In this document: piece by piece, positions 28,156 to 36,709 of the stretch
Layout: each line of letters starts with the position of its first letter
Numbering within the stretch: position 1 is the stretch's first letter
Assembly (NCBI GenBank): GCA_963668025.2
Contig: CAXXTH010000010.1
Coordinates: 32,001 to 96,000 of the forward strand
Source of the DNA: Candidatus Hydrogenedentota bacterium
GTDB lineage: Bacteria; Hydrogenedentota; Hydrogenedentia; Hydrogenedentales; SLHB01
Reading direction: 5' to 3'
DNA length: 64,000 bases
Notes under the pieces: model-generated
Databases searched by the model: none
The model's input: only the letters and a program-made list of their open reading frames with translations
What the model was told of the DNA's origin: nothing
Position numbers and translations under genes: made by a program

Positions 28156-30075
28156 ATGCAGAAGCTAAAAGGGCAATCCGCACAGGTTATAGTATTGTTA
28201 TTATGTCTGATATCGAGCCCAGTATTCGGAGAGGGCGGGGTGTTTGATGAGGTTGCTGATGTTCCGGGATTGCCGCGTGTTTTGTTGATTGGTGATTCCA
28301 TATCAATCGATTATACCCTGGATACACGTGAAATGCTGAAAGGTATGGCAAATGTTCATCGTCCAGCCTGCAACTGCATGTTTTCCGGAAATGTAGCTGA
28401 GAATATAAAGACCTGGCTTGGGGAAGAGAAGTGGGATGTTGTTCACTTTAATGCAGGGATATGGGATTGCCATTTCGTGGACGCCAATGGCAATATCATC
28501 GAGCCTGGACAGGATTACTATGACGAGAACAGCATCCGAACAACGCCATCGCAGTACAAAGAAAATCTAAACAAGATTGTTGATGCGATCCTTGCCTCCG
28601 GTGCAAAACCGATTTTTGCTACAACGACGTCGATTCCGGCTTGGAATGACAAGAGGCGCGCTTATCTCAATGGGCTGAACGAGATCGCTAAAGAGATAAT
28701 GCTCTATAAGCAGGTTCAGGTCAATGATTTATACACCTATTCACTCCCTCATCTGGCGGAATGGCAGCTTCCCGATCAGGTGCATTTTAATCCGTTAGGT
28801 AAAAAACAGCTTGCCCGAAAAGTCTCGGAAGAGATACTCGGCGCACTTGGTTCGCAGGCGAAAATTCTCGACTGGGCGCCGGAAAAAGGCGCTGTTTCCA
28901 CTATGAGCGGCAGAGAAGTGGTTCGCTATAACCAAGACTGCATCGAGCGATGGGGCTATGCCCAGCCGCGTACGGAGTTCTTTTATGTAATGAAGGCCAG
29001 TAAGGAGCTGCACCAAAATCCATTGGTTGTCTTTTTGCACAGCGCTGGCGGTGATGCGGAAAAAGAGCTTGCCGACAATGTCGAACGTGTTGCGGGCTAT
29101 GGTGATGAATTTGTTGGGCTTGCGGTGAATAGTCCATCTACTCTTGACGAACCTATTGACGGCATGGCCGAATACGACTGGTGGTGGGGTGCAAAAGCTA
29201 TTGAAAAACATCCCGAATTGTATAAGGATAAAATGACGCGGGTGGAAAGCCGGGTGCTCGATACCATCGAATGGGTGGTCCAAAACTACAATATCGACCG
29301 CAACCGAATTTATCTGCGCGGCATATCGATGGGCGGTTCTGGCACACTTGGTATTGGCCTTGCTCACGGCGATGTTTTCGCCGCCTTGCAGGCGGATGTT
29401 TTTGCGGGTGTCGAGCATGCGGTTTTCCGCCTGAAAAACGCGGCAGCGGAGCCGCCTTACGCAGTGATGCTGTTTTCCCAACTGGACGGGTGGTCGAAAG
29501 GCGCGGAACAGCTTCTTGATATGATTAATGTAGATTATCTTGGTATGAGTTACGCATGGGATATTTATGGCCATGATAATAACAAGCTTTATGAAAGTGC
29601 TGATCAAGCGGTTGTAAACTTTCCATGGCTTTCCATTCGACGTAACCAGGCATATCCTGTATTCACAAACGCAACGTCAAATGATCATTATCCCGGCAAT
29701 ATGAATCAGGGGCCTGATCAAAGAGGACAGGTCAATGCCTATTTCCGCTGGAGCGTTTTAGAGGATACGGCGGATAGATTCATCATTGAACTCAGCACAG
29801 TGAACCGCGTGCAGTTTGTAAAAGACTCTCAACTGGTTCCTGATGCGTTGAAGAAAATGCAGCAGAGTATCACAACCGATGTAACACTACGCAGATTACA
29901 GAATTTTATTGTATCAGCCGATACGGGTAAAACATTTCAATGGGTGGCTGAAAGCTCCGGTGAAATACAAGCAATGGGCGATGTGATGCCCAACCCTAAA
30001 GGCCTTTTGACTATCAACAAGATTGAAATCGGATTAGTTCCTGTTAAATTGATGATTTCCGTGAAAGAGAATTAG
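28156..30075 (+). CDS. Secreted SGNH/GDSL hydrolase fused to an alpha/beta hydrolase
   Basis: Signal peptide; GDSIS, HFNAG, DQVH; second domain FLHSAG, GISMGG. Confidence 0.8.
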   Translation: MQKLKGQSAQVIVLLLCLISSPVFGEGGVFDEVADVPGLPRVLLIGDSISIDYTLDTREMLKGMANVHRPACNCMFSGNVAENIKTWLGEEKWDVVHFNAGIWDCHFVDANGNIIEPGQDYYDENSIRTTPSQYKENLNKIVDAILASGAKPIFATTTSIPAWNDKRRAYLNGLNEIAKEIMLYKQVQVNDLYTYSLPHLAEWQLPDQVHFNPLGKKQLARKVSEEILGALGSQAKILDWAPEKGAVSTMSGREVVRYNQDCIERWGYAQPRTEFFYVMKASKELHQNPLVVFLHSAGGDAEKELADNVERVAGYGDEFVGLAVNSPSTLDEPIDGMAEYDWWWGAKAIEKHPELYKDKMTRVESRVLDTIEWVVQNYNIDRNRIYLRGISMGGSGTLGIGLAHGDVFAALQADVFAGVEHAVFRLKNAAAEPPYAVMLFSQLDGWSKGAEQLLDMINVDYLGMSYAWDIYGHDNNKLYESADQAVVNFPWLSIRRNQAYPVFTNATSNDHYPGNMNQGPDQRGQVNAYFRWSVLEDTADRFIIELSTVNRVQFVKDSQLVPDALKKMQQSITTDVTLRRLQNFIVSADTGKTFQWVAESSGEIQAMGDVMPNPKGLLTINKIEIGLVPVKLMISVKEN

Positions 30076-30168
30076 GTTTGGGAAAGAGTATGGAATTTTG
30101 AGATTTGCTGGTTTATACGATTCAAAAAGCTTGGCGATTGGGTATTGGTATGTCCTTTGGATTTTAAG

Positions 30169-30582
30169 TTACGACAAGACTCCTCCAGCCCTGTGCAGCT
30201 CCACGAGTAGCTCAAGCCCCCACAACAAATGGATTCGTTCCTGCGTACAGCATTTCCGAAGGTTCTTGTCGTTGGTCACGCATGTGAAGCTATGCCGTTT
30301 GGCCGTTAACATGCAGAGGTTGTCTTGAAACGAAACCGGCCCAGCCATCCCTGCAGCCATGTAGGCGTCTTCCATGGTGGGCTCCACCAAGATAAGCCCA
30401 AGTTCGCGCAGACGCTCTTCACTCTCGATTTGCCGGACCTCTTCAACGACAGCGCTCACCACATGGATGGGGCCTATATAGTCCGCGATGAGCCGGAATA
30501 CGGTATGGTCCGCCTTCATGAAGTCGATGAGCACGTAGGCGTCCATAATCAGGAATCTCAGCAGCGCGGGTTGGTTGGTCAC
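30169..30582 (-). CDS. PIN-domain protein (possibly C-terminally truncated)
   Basis: IMDAYVLID, V..EV, SFQD..C...A, VTNDK.LR; GTG overlaps the upstream TGA. Confidence 0.7.
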   Translation of the reverse strand: MTNQPALLRFLIMDAYVLIDFMKADHTVFRLIADYIGPIHVVSAVVEEVRQIESEERLRELGLILVEPTMEDAYMAAGMAGPVSFQDNLCMLTAKRHSFTCVTNDKNLRKCCTQERIHLLWGLELLVELHRAGGVLS

Positions 30583-31691
30583 ACAACGGCCTCCCAACTG
30601 GCGATGAGTTCCTGCATTTCATCCACGCTGATACGCAGGATCTCCGCCCCACGGCTGACAGATATCAGGTCCTCTTCGACGGCCCTCCGGGCCAAGCGGC
30701 TGAACCGGTCTTCGGTGAAATCGAAGCGCTGCATCCCAAACGGTTCGGCGGACTCGATGGCAAGCGGTTCCTCTTTAAAAGAGAGCCCCTTGAACGAGCG
30801 CTTCTTGTATGCGGCGAAGAACTTCTTCCAGATGGCATCATCCACGTCGCCGTGTTCCAGGAGGCGCGCCAAAACGGTCTTGTAGCTCACCCGAAAGATG
30901 CGTTTTACTTTCAACACGCGGTCCACCCAATGCAGACCGGCGGCTTCCGCCCATTCCTTCTGGAATCCTTCGTCGGGCATGAGGAAGTGCCCCGCAAAAC
31001 GGTTTGCTTCCTCCTCCTCCGCGTGGTTTTCCTCGGACTCGTTGACATCATAGGCGTCAGGATGCAGCATTAGGTGTCCCAGTTCGTGGGCGGCGCTGAA
31101 GATATGCCGTTCCACAGAGATGCGGTCCCACACGTTCACGACAACCGCAGGCCCGCCATCCTCCGCGCCAAGCGACAATCCGAAAAAGCCGTCAGAAGCC
31201 ATTGGGAAGGGGAGCACCTTAATCCCGGCATGCTCGAGCAGGCCGCAGATGTCGTAAATGGGCTCGCTGTCGTTCAGTCCGAGCGATTCACGGCAGAGGC
31301 GGGCAGCCTTTACGGGTTCTTTCCGCGAGCACTTCTTCCCGACTTCACGCAGGAGAAACGACTTTTGCTCGTTGAGGATTTCTTCAAGGTAGTTGAAGTC
31401 GTCAAGCCAGCGGGCAACATCCGCCAGGATGTTCTCACGGTTCTGCATCCTGCGCCCGGAGCGGAAGCGCACGGTTCTGAGTTCGCGAACGGGAGCAAAC
31501 AGGTCCTGCAACCGCACCTCCAGGGCGCGCGCGATGGCTTGGACGGTGCTCATGCGGGGTTCGTTCTTGGCCCCTTCCAAGTTCTTGATGGCAGGCAACG
31601 AGAGTCCCGCAGCATCCGCAAGTCTCGGTTGGCTGTATTTCTTGGCGGTTCGTATGCGCCGAATGTTTTGAGAAAGTATTTGCAGATTCAT
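30579..31691 (-). CDS. XRE HTH plus ImmA/IrrE zinc metallopeptidase
   Basis: N-terminal HTH; FSAAHELGH; E.EANRFAG.FLMP. Confidence 0.92.
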   Translation of the reverse strand: MNLQILSQNIRRIRTAKKYSQPRLADAAGLSLPAIKNLEGAKNEPRMSTVQAIARALEVRLQDLFAPVRELRTVRFRSGRRMQNRENILADVARWLDDFNYLEEILNEQKSFLLREVGKKCSRKEPVKAARLCRESLGLNDSEPIYDICGLLEHAGIKVLPFPMASDGFFGLSLGAEDGGPAVVVNVWDRISVERHIFSAAHELGHLMLHPDAYDVNESEENHAEEEEANRFAGHFLMPDEGFQKEWAEAAGLHWVDRVLKVKRIFRVSYKTVLARLLEHGDVDDAIWKKFFAAYKKRSFKGLSFKEEPLAIESAEPFGMQRFDFTEDRFSRLARRAVEEDLISVSRGAEILRISVDEMQELIASWEAVV

Positions 31692-32213
31692 CGTTGCCCC
31701 TCCGTCTCGACCGAATTATACCATAATGTTGAATTTTGTCAACTGGTGTAATTTCTGTCAGTTTGCTGGGTGGAATCCTTCTGGGGGGGTGGCTGCATGT
31801 GGGTTTGTAGCGGAGTTTCCACGAGTCTCGCGAAGGCGGCGGGGATACGCGGGTTCGCCAGGGGCGACCGCAGCCACCATCAAGGCTGGCACCATTCTCT
31901 ACACCGGCTTAACGCCGTCAACGGACACAGACGCTACCGCCTTCACGTCCCCGAAGAATGGCACCAATGCTCCTGGCGGGGAGCCTTGATGGCACCGAGG
32001 ATGATACCAGAACGGCGCTGGGCTAGGAAAGCTGTATACATCCGCTGCCGCCACATGGAGATAGGCGCGCTCGCCATCGCCACTGCGAAACTCGCCGCGT
32101 AATACGCTCCGGCGCGAAGGAGCGGTGGGAGTGAACACAGCGGCGTGGATTACGAACAACACCAAGGAAGACATCAAAGCCATTGTGCGCCACGGGGCAG
32201 GTGCGGTGAAGAA

Positions 32214-32247
32214 GGCCGCTTTCGGGATATGGCCGCTTTCGGGATAT
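32214..32247. repeat. 17-bp tandem duplication
   Basis: GGCCGCTTTCGGGATAT twice. Confidence 0.9.
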
Positions 32248-32253
32248 TTAAAA

Positions 32254-32276
32254 ACATTAACACGATATGTTAATGT
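32254..32276. promoter_or_regulatory. Palindromic operator upstream of the higBA-like operon
   Basis: ACATTAACA-N5-TGTTAATGT perfect inverted repeat 17 nt before the toxin start. Confidence 0.7.
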
Positions 32277-32293
32277 AAATCAGGAGATAACCT

Positions 32294-32638
32294 GTGGAGA
32301 TATTTTTCCGAACACGGCAATTGCAACGCATCTGTTCCGAGGAGCGGGAAATGAGCAAAGTACTCGGACAGCAAATGGCCACGAAGCTTAAGCAGCGGCT
32401 CATGGAGCTGCGTGCGGCTGATTCGTTGGCGGAGATTTCCCATTTGCCGCCAGCACGATGCCATGAGGAAAGCCAGAACAGGGCGGGACAGTTTTCCGTA
32501 GATCTGGCACATCCAATGAGACTGATTTTTATACCCGCTAACGACCCAGTCCCACGAAAGGCCGACGGCGGAGTAGACCGCTCACAGGTTACCGAAATCG
32601 AGATTATCGAAATAGTTGACCCACATCCGAAGAGGTGA
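32294..32638 (+). CDS. higB: HigB/RelE-like toxin
   Basis: MEIFF....L...C, RL.EL.AA, PARCH, R.GQFSVDL.HP.RLIF, IIEIVD.H; AGGAG RBS. Confidence 0.8.
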   Translation: MEIFFRTRQLQRICSEEREMSKVLGQQMATKLKQRLMELRAADSLAEISHLPPARCHEESQNRAGQFSVDLAHPMRLIFIPANDPVPRKADGGVDRSQVTEIEIIEIVDPHPKR

Positions 32639-33717
32639 ACATGAAAGCGCTCAAGACATACCCATTTGAACCTGACTACGCGGTTTCGCCGGGAGAGACG
32701 TTGCGTGAAGTCATGGAGTCGCTTGGCATGACCCAGGCGGAACTGGCAACCCGTACAGGACTCACTGTTCAAACATTGAATCGCATTTTCAATGGCATCC
32801 AGCCAATCACGTATGAGACGGCCAACAAACTTGAGCTCGTGACTGGCGTGTCGGCGCGAATGTGGAACAACTTGGAGGCCCAGTACCGGGAGCAATTGAC
32901 GACGCTTGAGGAACGCGAGAACCTGAAGGCTGACTGTGCATGGCTCAAAACCATTCCGACCAAGGAGCTGATTGAACGAGGCCTACTCACGGATGAACCG
33001 GATGCGGTGGCGCTTCTACGAAGCGCACTGGCCTTTTACCAAGTAAGCAGTGTAGAGGCATGGCATGCGATTTGGGGGGAACCTAAGGTGGCCGCGCGGC
33101 GTTCGCCCTGCTTCGAGACACGGATAGGCCCTGCTTCGGCATGGATTCGGCAAGGGGAACTCAAAGCGCAGGCCATACAGTGCCAGCCCTATGACAGGGA
33201 ACGATTCCAGGAAGTCTTGCCGATTATCCGGGGACTCACGAGAGAAACCCCGAAGGTGTTCGAGCCCGAGATGAAGCGCCTTTGCGCCAGCGCAGGCGTT
33301 GCGGTGGCGTTGGTCCGGGAGATGAAGAAAGTGCCGTGGAATGGCGCCACGAAATGGCTGGGAGCGCACAAAGCGATGATACTGCTGTGTCTGCGCGGCA
33401 AAGGAGAAGACCGTTTTTGGTTTTCGTTCTTCCACGAAGCCAGCCATATTCTGAACGACAACAAGAAGCTGTTTATCAACGATGGCACCGAGGATGACTT
33501 TTGTGAACGGCGGGCCAATCTATTTGCCGCCAATACGTTGATTCCCTCGCAGTACAATGACCGCATATGCGCATGCACCACGGACAGGGAGATTGTGGAC
33601 CTTGCGAACGAGCTCGGTATCGCGCCAGGGATTGTGGCGGGAAGGCACCAACATCTGACTCAGAAATGGTCCCATTTCAAGAACCTGATTCGACAGTTGC
33701 AGTGGGAAGCCTCCTAG
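32635..33717 (+). CDS. higA: HigA-type HTH antitoxin fused to an ImmA/IrrE-like peptidase domain
   Basis: SPGETL.E......TQ.ELA.R.G; FWFSFFHEASH; E.RAN.FA. Confidence 0.82.
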   Translation: MNMKALKTYPFEPDYAVSPGETLREVMESLGMTQAELATRTGLTVQTLNRIFNGIQPITYETANKLELVTGVSARMWNNLEAQYREQLTTLEERENLKADCAWLKTIPTKELIERGLLTDEPDAVALLRSALAFYQVSSVEAWHAIWGEPKVAARRSPCFETRIGPASAWIRQGELKAQAIQCQPYDRERFQEVLPIIRGLTRETPKVFEPEMKRLCASAGVAVALVREMKKVPWNGATKWLGAHKAMILLCLRGKGEDRFWFSFFHEASHILNDNKKLFINDGTEDDFCERRANLFAANTLIPSQYNDRICACTTDREIVDLANELGIAPGIVAGRHQHLTQKWSHFKNLIRQLQWEAS

Positions 33718-33724
33718 ATCCTTA

Positions 33725-33762
33725 TCACGCAAAGGCGCGAAAAACTACTTTCCTCCGCGCCT
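33725..33762. repeat. REP-like palindrome interrupted by the IS110 insertion
   Basis: Left arm TCACGCAAAGGCGCG; right arm present only as CGCGCCT, with the expected TTGCGTGA replaced by IS sequence. Confidence 0.65.
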
Positions 33763-34188
33763 TATATGATCAGCAGACCGGTATTTGATTGACAAAAGAC
33801 GCCGTAGCAGCTTTTTCTTTTTGGTTCTTTTTCTTTTAAGCCCGCTGTTAAAACGGTGGATAACTTTTCGCAGAAACGACTTTTCTTCCGCCCGGCCAGG
33901 TGGAAGAATAGGATGGGAGGCGGAGACGGTTCGCGCCATGGGACATATGAGAAGCCCGCCGCAAAGATAGATCCCGCCTCTCATCCGAACGTGGCCGCCG
34001 CTGAAGACCGGAGATTATCCTGGGGAACAGCCCCGGATCCATAAGAGTGGTCAGGCGGTCACCTAACGAACAGGAGTATTATATCATGAAACAGCACCCG
34101 GAAAATGTGAACTGGGCAGGCCTTGATGTGTCCGCAAAACACTTCGATGCGGCGCTGGCCCGCAAAGACCAGCGTTTCCCCTCCACCC
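33761..34188 (+). mobile_element. IS110-family element, left end and 5' fragment
   Basis: CT core at 33761-62, about 320-bp non-coding leader, recombinase N-terminus, truncated by IS4. Confidence 0.75.
33883..34062 (+). ncRNA. Putative IS110 bridge RNA
   Basis: Three consecutive stems (33883-908, 33911-986, 33991-34062); internal-loop segments match the insertion target and the IS end; exact RNA ends unknown. Confidence 0.72.
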
Positions 34189-34193
34189 CATAA
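34086..34193 (+). pseudogene. IS110 recombinase N-terminal fragment
   Basis: CAGGAG RBS; MKQHPENVNWAGLDVSAKHFDAALAR carries the GLDVS motif (first Asp of DEDD); stop supplied by the IS4 end; too short for the ORF track. Confidence 0.75.
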
Positions 34194-35534
34194 GCGCTAA
34201 CCTTATATTGCCTCCATCAAACCACGCAACTGTTGCATTCGCTTCCTTGGGGGCTCTGCCAGATCTCTCGCGATTTCCCGCCACTGGCTGATGCATTCGG
34301 ATAATCCAAGCGTCGGATTGACCGCTTGGCGAAGGAGGTGCAAGGCGAAAGAGAGTTCGCGCCACAAGGAGGCCTCGCGGTAGATATCGTCACAGTGGAT
34401 ATCCCCAGGGGGAAAAAAAGCGCCCCTCATCAACAATGGCCTGGGCAAGGCAGGAGACAAGCATTTTGCCGTGGAGCCAAGCCTTGGCCGACTCCTCGTC
34501 TTCCTTTGGCAAGTGTCCCAATCCCATAATCGACTTCATCCGTTTGAAGGCCAACTCCACCTGCCAGCGCGCCCGGTACAACTCGATAACCTGGTGCGGC
34601 GATATTGAATCCGGCAAGGATGTGGCCAGTATGACGTAGCGATGCAGCACAAGCGTTTCGGGATCCAGACTCCGTTGCTTCTTGCTTAGCTCTTTCTTCG
34701 CCCGGCGGATGCTTTGCGCGGCGGCTTCCTCGCTCAAACGCAGCGCACAGATCCGTAGCGCCAGCTCCTCCTGCCCCTTTGCCTGGCCAATCAGGGCCCA
34801 ATCACCCACTTCCCCTACCTCTAGAGACGCCACCAATCCAGCCAGTGGACAGGTGTTCCCTGCGCCATTCCGAAGACTGAAGGCTTTATTCTTAAGACGC
34901 GTCAGAAAGTTCCCGTTATGGCCGAGCACATAACGAAAACCTTTGAGATGCCCATAAGCACGATCTCCGAGCAATAGGTCGCCAGGCGAGACTCGGAATC
35001 GCGCGAAACTCTCTCCAACCTTCGGGCCGGTAATATGAAACTCATCGCATTGAAGACCGTATAAACATAGGCTGTAGTGAACGCGCCAGTCCGTTCCCGT
35101 GCTTCCCGGTTCGCAGACAACGCTCGCATCCACGACGCGAACACGGTAATACTCCAGCCATGCAGGCCGAACGCACGGTCCCGCGCGACGTTGAAGTATC
35201 TCTACGGCCATCCACCGCAGCCATTCCCCCGAAGCACGCAACCGCTTAAGAAGTGCCACATCCGACACGGACGCCACATTCCCTTCTCGAGCACGAACGA
35301 CAGCCTCACGCAGAGAACACCCATCCGCCAAATGGATCAACAGCAAGCGCAGGAGCGATTCCGTCGACGATATAGAACGAGGCTTGCGGTGCCACGCGCC
35401 CAATTCACGAGCCTTGTCCTCCCATCCAGCAGGGAGAAAACGCTGTAAACACTGCCAATTCTCATTCCACGCTGCTTCCATGCACCCAGTATAGAAGATT
35501 CGTCAGGAGACATCAAATAAGGTTAGCGCTTATG
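34189..35534 (-). mobile_element. IS4-family insertion sequence
   Basis: 18-bp TIR CATAAGCGCTAACCTTAT / ATAAGGTTAGCGCTTATG; no direct repeat. Confidence 0.9.
34390..35481 (-). CDS. IS4-family transposase
   Basis: VVDAS, GDRAY, YRARWQVELAFKRMKS (YREK motif). Confidence 0.93.
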   Translation of the reverse strand: MEAAWNENWQCLQRFLPAGWEDKARELGAWHRKPRSISSTESLLRLLLIHLADGCSLREAVVRAREGNVASVSDVALLKRLRASGEWLRWMAVEILQRRAGPCVRPAWLEYYRVRVVDASVVCEPGSTGTDWRVHYSLCLYGLQCDEFHITGPKVGESFARFRVSPGDLLLGDRAYGHLKGFRYVLGHNGNFLTRLKNKAFSLRNGAGNTCPLAGLVASLEVGEVGDWALIGQAKGQEELALRICALRLSEEAAAQSIRRAKKELSKKQRSLDPETLVLHRYVILATSLPDSISPHQVIELYRARWQVELAFKRMKSIMGLGHLPKEDEESAKAWLHGKMLVSCLAQAIVDEGRFFSPWGYPL

Positions 35535-35623
35535 GGGGGGGGGGGTAGATCTTGACATGACAAGCCTCCTTAATCTTGGTTTATCTGGGACACACCAAAC
35601 ATTAGAAGTCATGCGGTACCCTC

Positions 35624-35652
35624 TTTATAGCACACCTAGGCGCACCTGTCAA
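35624..35652 (-). promoter_or_regulatory. Sigma-70 promoter pointing into IS4
   Basis: Minus strand TTGACA-17-TATAAA, followed by AAGGAGG and ATG 35558. Confidence 0.65.
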
Positions 35653-35936
35653 GAAGTTTTTTTTCCATATAGCGAAGGCATTCACGGTGGATATAGTGCG
35701 GATATTTGCGATGGGTGTTATGGGTTTTGGGGCAAGGATATTGGGAGTTTAGCCAGGAGGAAACAGTTGACTTGTGTGCGGCTGGTGCAGATTTCTCAGG
35801 GTTATGTAGAGTACTAGGGAACGGAGCCGCGGAAAAGGCCAGCCAATGACTGGCCAAGGAATTTTGGGATTCTTTTAAACTGGAGTAACCGGATACACAA
35901 GATTAGGCAAGAGCGATAGATAAAAACGGAACTTTG

Positions 35937-35965
35937 TTGACAATAGAGGACATTAGAGGTATGTT
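35937..35965 (+). promoter_or_regulatory. Promoter of the PTS-IIA/ehr operon
   Basis: TTGACA-17-TATGTT. Confidence 0.55.
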
Positions 35966-36001
35966 TATGCCGTTTTAACCGGAAATAGGGAGAGTTAGGG
36001 C

Positions 36002-36706
36002 GTGCAACTGCAAGTGAAAGATGTGGCGAAATACTTCGGCGTGACCGAAAAGACCATCTATCGATGGATCGAACAAGACGGCCTCCCGGCGTTCCGCATC
36101 AATAAGCAGTACCGCTTCAATCGTGTCGAAATACTCGAATGGGCCACGGCTCATAAAGTGAATGCGTCCACCCAATCGTTGCGGGACACGGAAGAGGAAT
36201 CGGCTTTTCTCCCGAATCTGGCCGAGGCGCTCGAGGATGGCGGCGTCTATTACCGTATAGATGGGAAAGACAAGGACTCCGTCATGCGCTCGGTGGTGGA
36301 TGTGCTCCGCCTGCCGGAAGCCGTGGACCGGGAGTTTTTATTGCAGGTGTTGCTCGAACGCGAGGCCATGGGCTCGACGTCGGTCGGCGACGGCATTGCC
36401 CTCCCTCATGTTCGCAATCCTATCGTGATGCATATTCCACGTCCCACGATCACCCTATGTTTCCTGGAAAATGCCATCGATTTCAACGCCCTCGATGGCA
36501 AGCCGGTGAATACGTTGTTCACGATCGTGAGCCCCACCATTCGCTCCCATTTGCACGTGATTTCCTGCCTGGCGTTCGCGCTGCGGGACGCCGAATTCAA
36601 GCGCGTGGTGATGGAGCAGGCATCGCGCGAAGTCATCCTCTCGGAAGCCCGGCGCGTCGCGGCGTCGCTGGCCGCGCCTCAGTCCGCTACAGGAAAGGCG
36701 GACTGA
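36002..36706 (+). CDS. Excisionase-like HTH plus PTS EIIA(Fru/Ntr) domain protein
   Basis: VAKYFGVTEKTIYRW; ERE.MGSTSVGDGIALPH. Confidence 0.9.
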   Translation: MQLQVKDVAKYFGVTEKTIYRWIEQDGLPAFRINKQYRFNRVEILEWATAHKVNASTQSLRDTEEESAFLPNLAEALEDGGVYYRIDGKDKDSVMRSVVDVLRLPEAVDREFLLQVLLEREAMGSTSVGDGIALPHVRNPIVMHIPRPTITLCFLENAIDFNALDGKPVNTLFTIVSPTIRSHLHVISCLAFALRDAEFKRVVMEQASREVILSEARRVAASLAAPQSATGKAD

Positions 36707-36709
36707 ACC

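Noticed and set aside
33721-33725. Alternative IS110 left junction at CTTAT 33721
   Set aside because: Its upstream flank does not match the target guide, whereas the flank at 33761 matches 7 of 8 positions and interrupts the palindrome.
35534-35545. Phase-variable poly-G contingency locus
   Set aside because: The run abuts an IS end in a truncated gene, so there is no intact frame to switch; homopolymer length may also be a sequencing artefact.
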